Positions 63,950 to 64,000 of a stretch of 64,000 bases of DNA are shown here, piece after piece. The notes under the pieces are model-generated. The model was not told the DNA's origin. It worked only from the letters and a program-made list of their open reading frames with translations, and did no database searches. Source of the DNA: Bacteroidales bacterium (lineage in GTDB: Bacteria; Bacteroidota; Bacteroidia; Bacteroidales; UBA4417). Made by a program: the position numbers and the translations under genes. The stretch lies in contig JBBQUX010000001.1 in the NCBI GenBank assembly GCA_038212135.1, forward strand, positions 13,734-77,733. The letters run 5' to 3'. How positions within the stretch are numbered: the stretch's first letter is position 1; each line of letters begins with the position of its first letter.

Positions 63950-64000
63950 AAATAGTCTAAATTTTCAAATTTCGGAAGTCTTTTTACAATGACGCATAAC

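Overview
The window is 64 kb of a Bacteroidota-type chromosome. Supporting signs are AT-rich sequence by eye, TAnnTTTG -7 promoter boxes, no obvious Shine-Dalgarno sequences, a porP-gldKLMN type IX secretion (T9SS) operon, and proteins with T9SS C-terminal sorting domains.

**Layout**
- **1-41 kb: mostly conserved housekeeping and envelope genes.** These are folE/queD, a SprE/PorW-like lipoprotein, dxr, rseP, a 1583-aa T9SS adhesin, two YitT paralogs, porP-gldKLMN, recG, a T9SS nuclease, pheT, a sigma54 activator-lptE-secG-groESL block, and mazG.
- **41-46 kb: metal homeostasis.** ZIP transporter, an outer-membrane protein (OMP), a DtxR/MntR repressor and a cation diffusion facilitator (CDF) transporter, plus a LuxR gene interrupted by an amber codon.
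- **46.5-62.4 kb: the unusual part.** Six proteins carry 70 canonical CXXCH heme-binding motifs plus 4 CX3-4CH variants.
  - Two paralogous multiheme proteins, one a lipoprotein and one ending in a T9SS type A sorting domain.
  - A reverse-strand set of His-rich protein, CDF, cytochrome b and di-heme peroxidase.
  - A tightly packed six-gene forward operon (53336-62435): polytopic membrane protein, membrane-anchored 2x[4Fe-4S]/FAD oxidoreductase, 20-heme cytochrome, about 37-heme cytochrome, predicted beta-barrel OMP, and a membrane-anchored protein made of two similar halves.

**Main interpretation.** I read the cytochrome region as a candidate, uncharacterised outer-membrane-spanning (porin-cytochrome-like) extracellular electron-transfer system, with one component routed through the T9SS. 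The motifs and gene order are seen directly in the sequence. The function is inference.

**Other observations**
- A roughly 155-bp element present twice in inverted orientation (6.2 kb and 46.2 kb).
- Several short word-like tandem repeats in intergenic regions, including a G-quadruplex-prone tract abutting the adhesin stop codon.
- Candidate operators upstream of the metal and cytochrome operons.
- A frameshift-decayed Dam-type restriction-modification remnant at the right edge.

I found no rRNA, tRNA, CRISPR array or intact mobile element.
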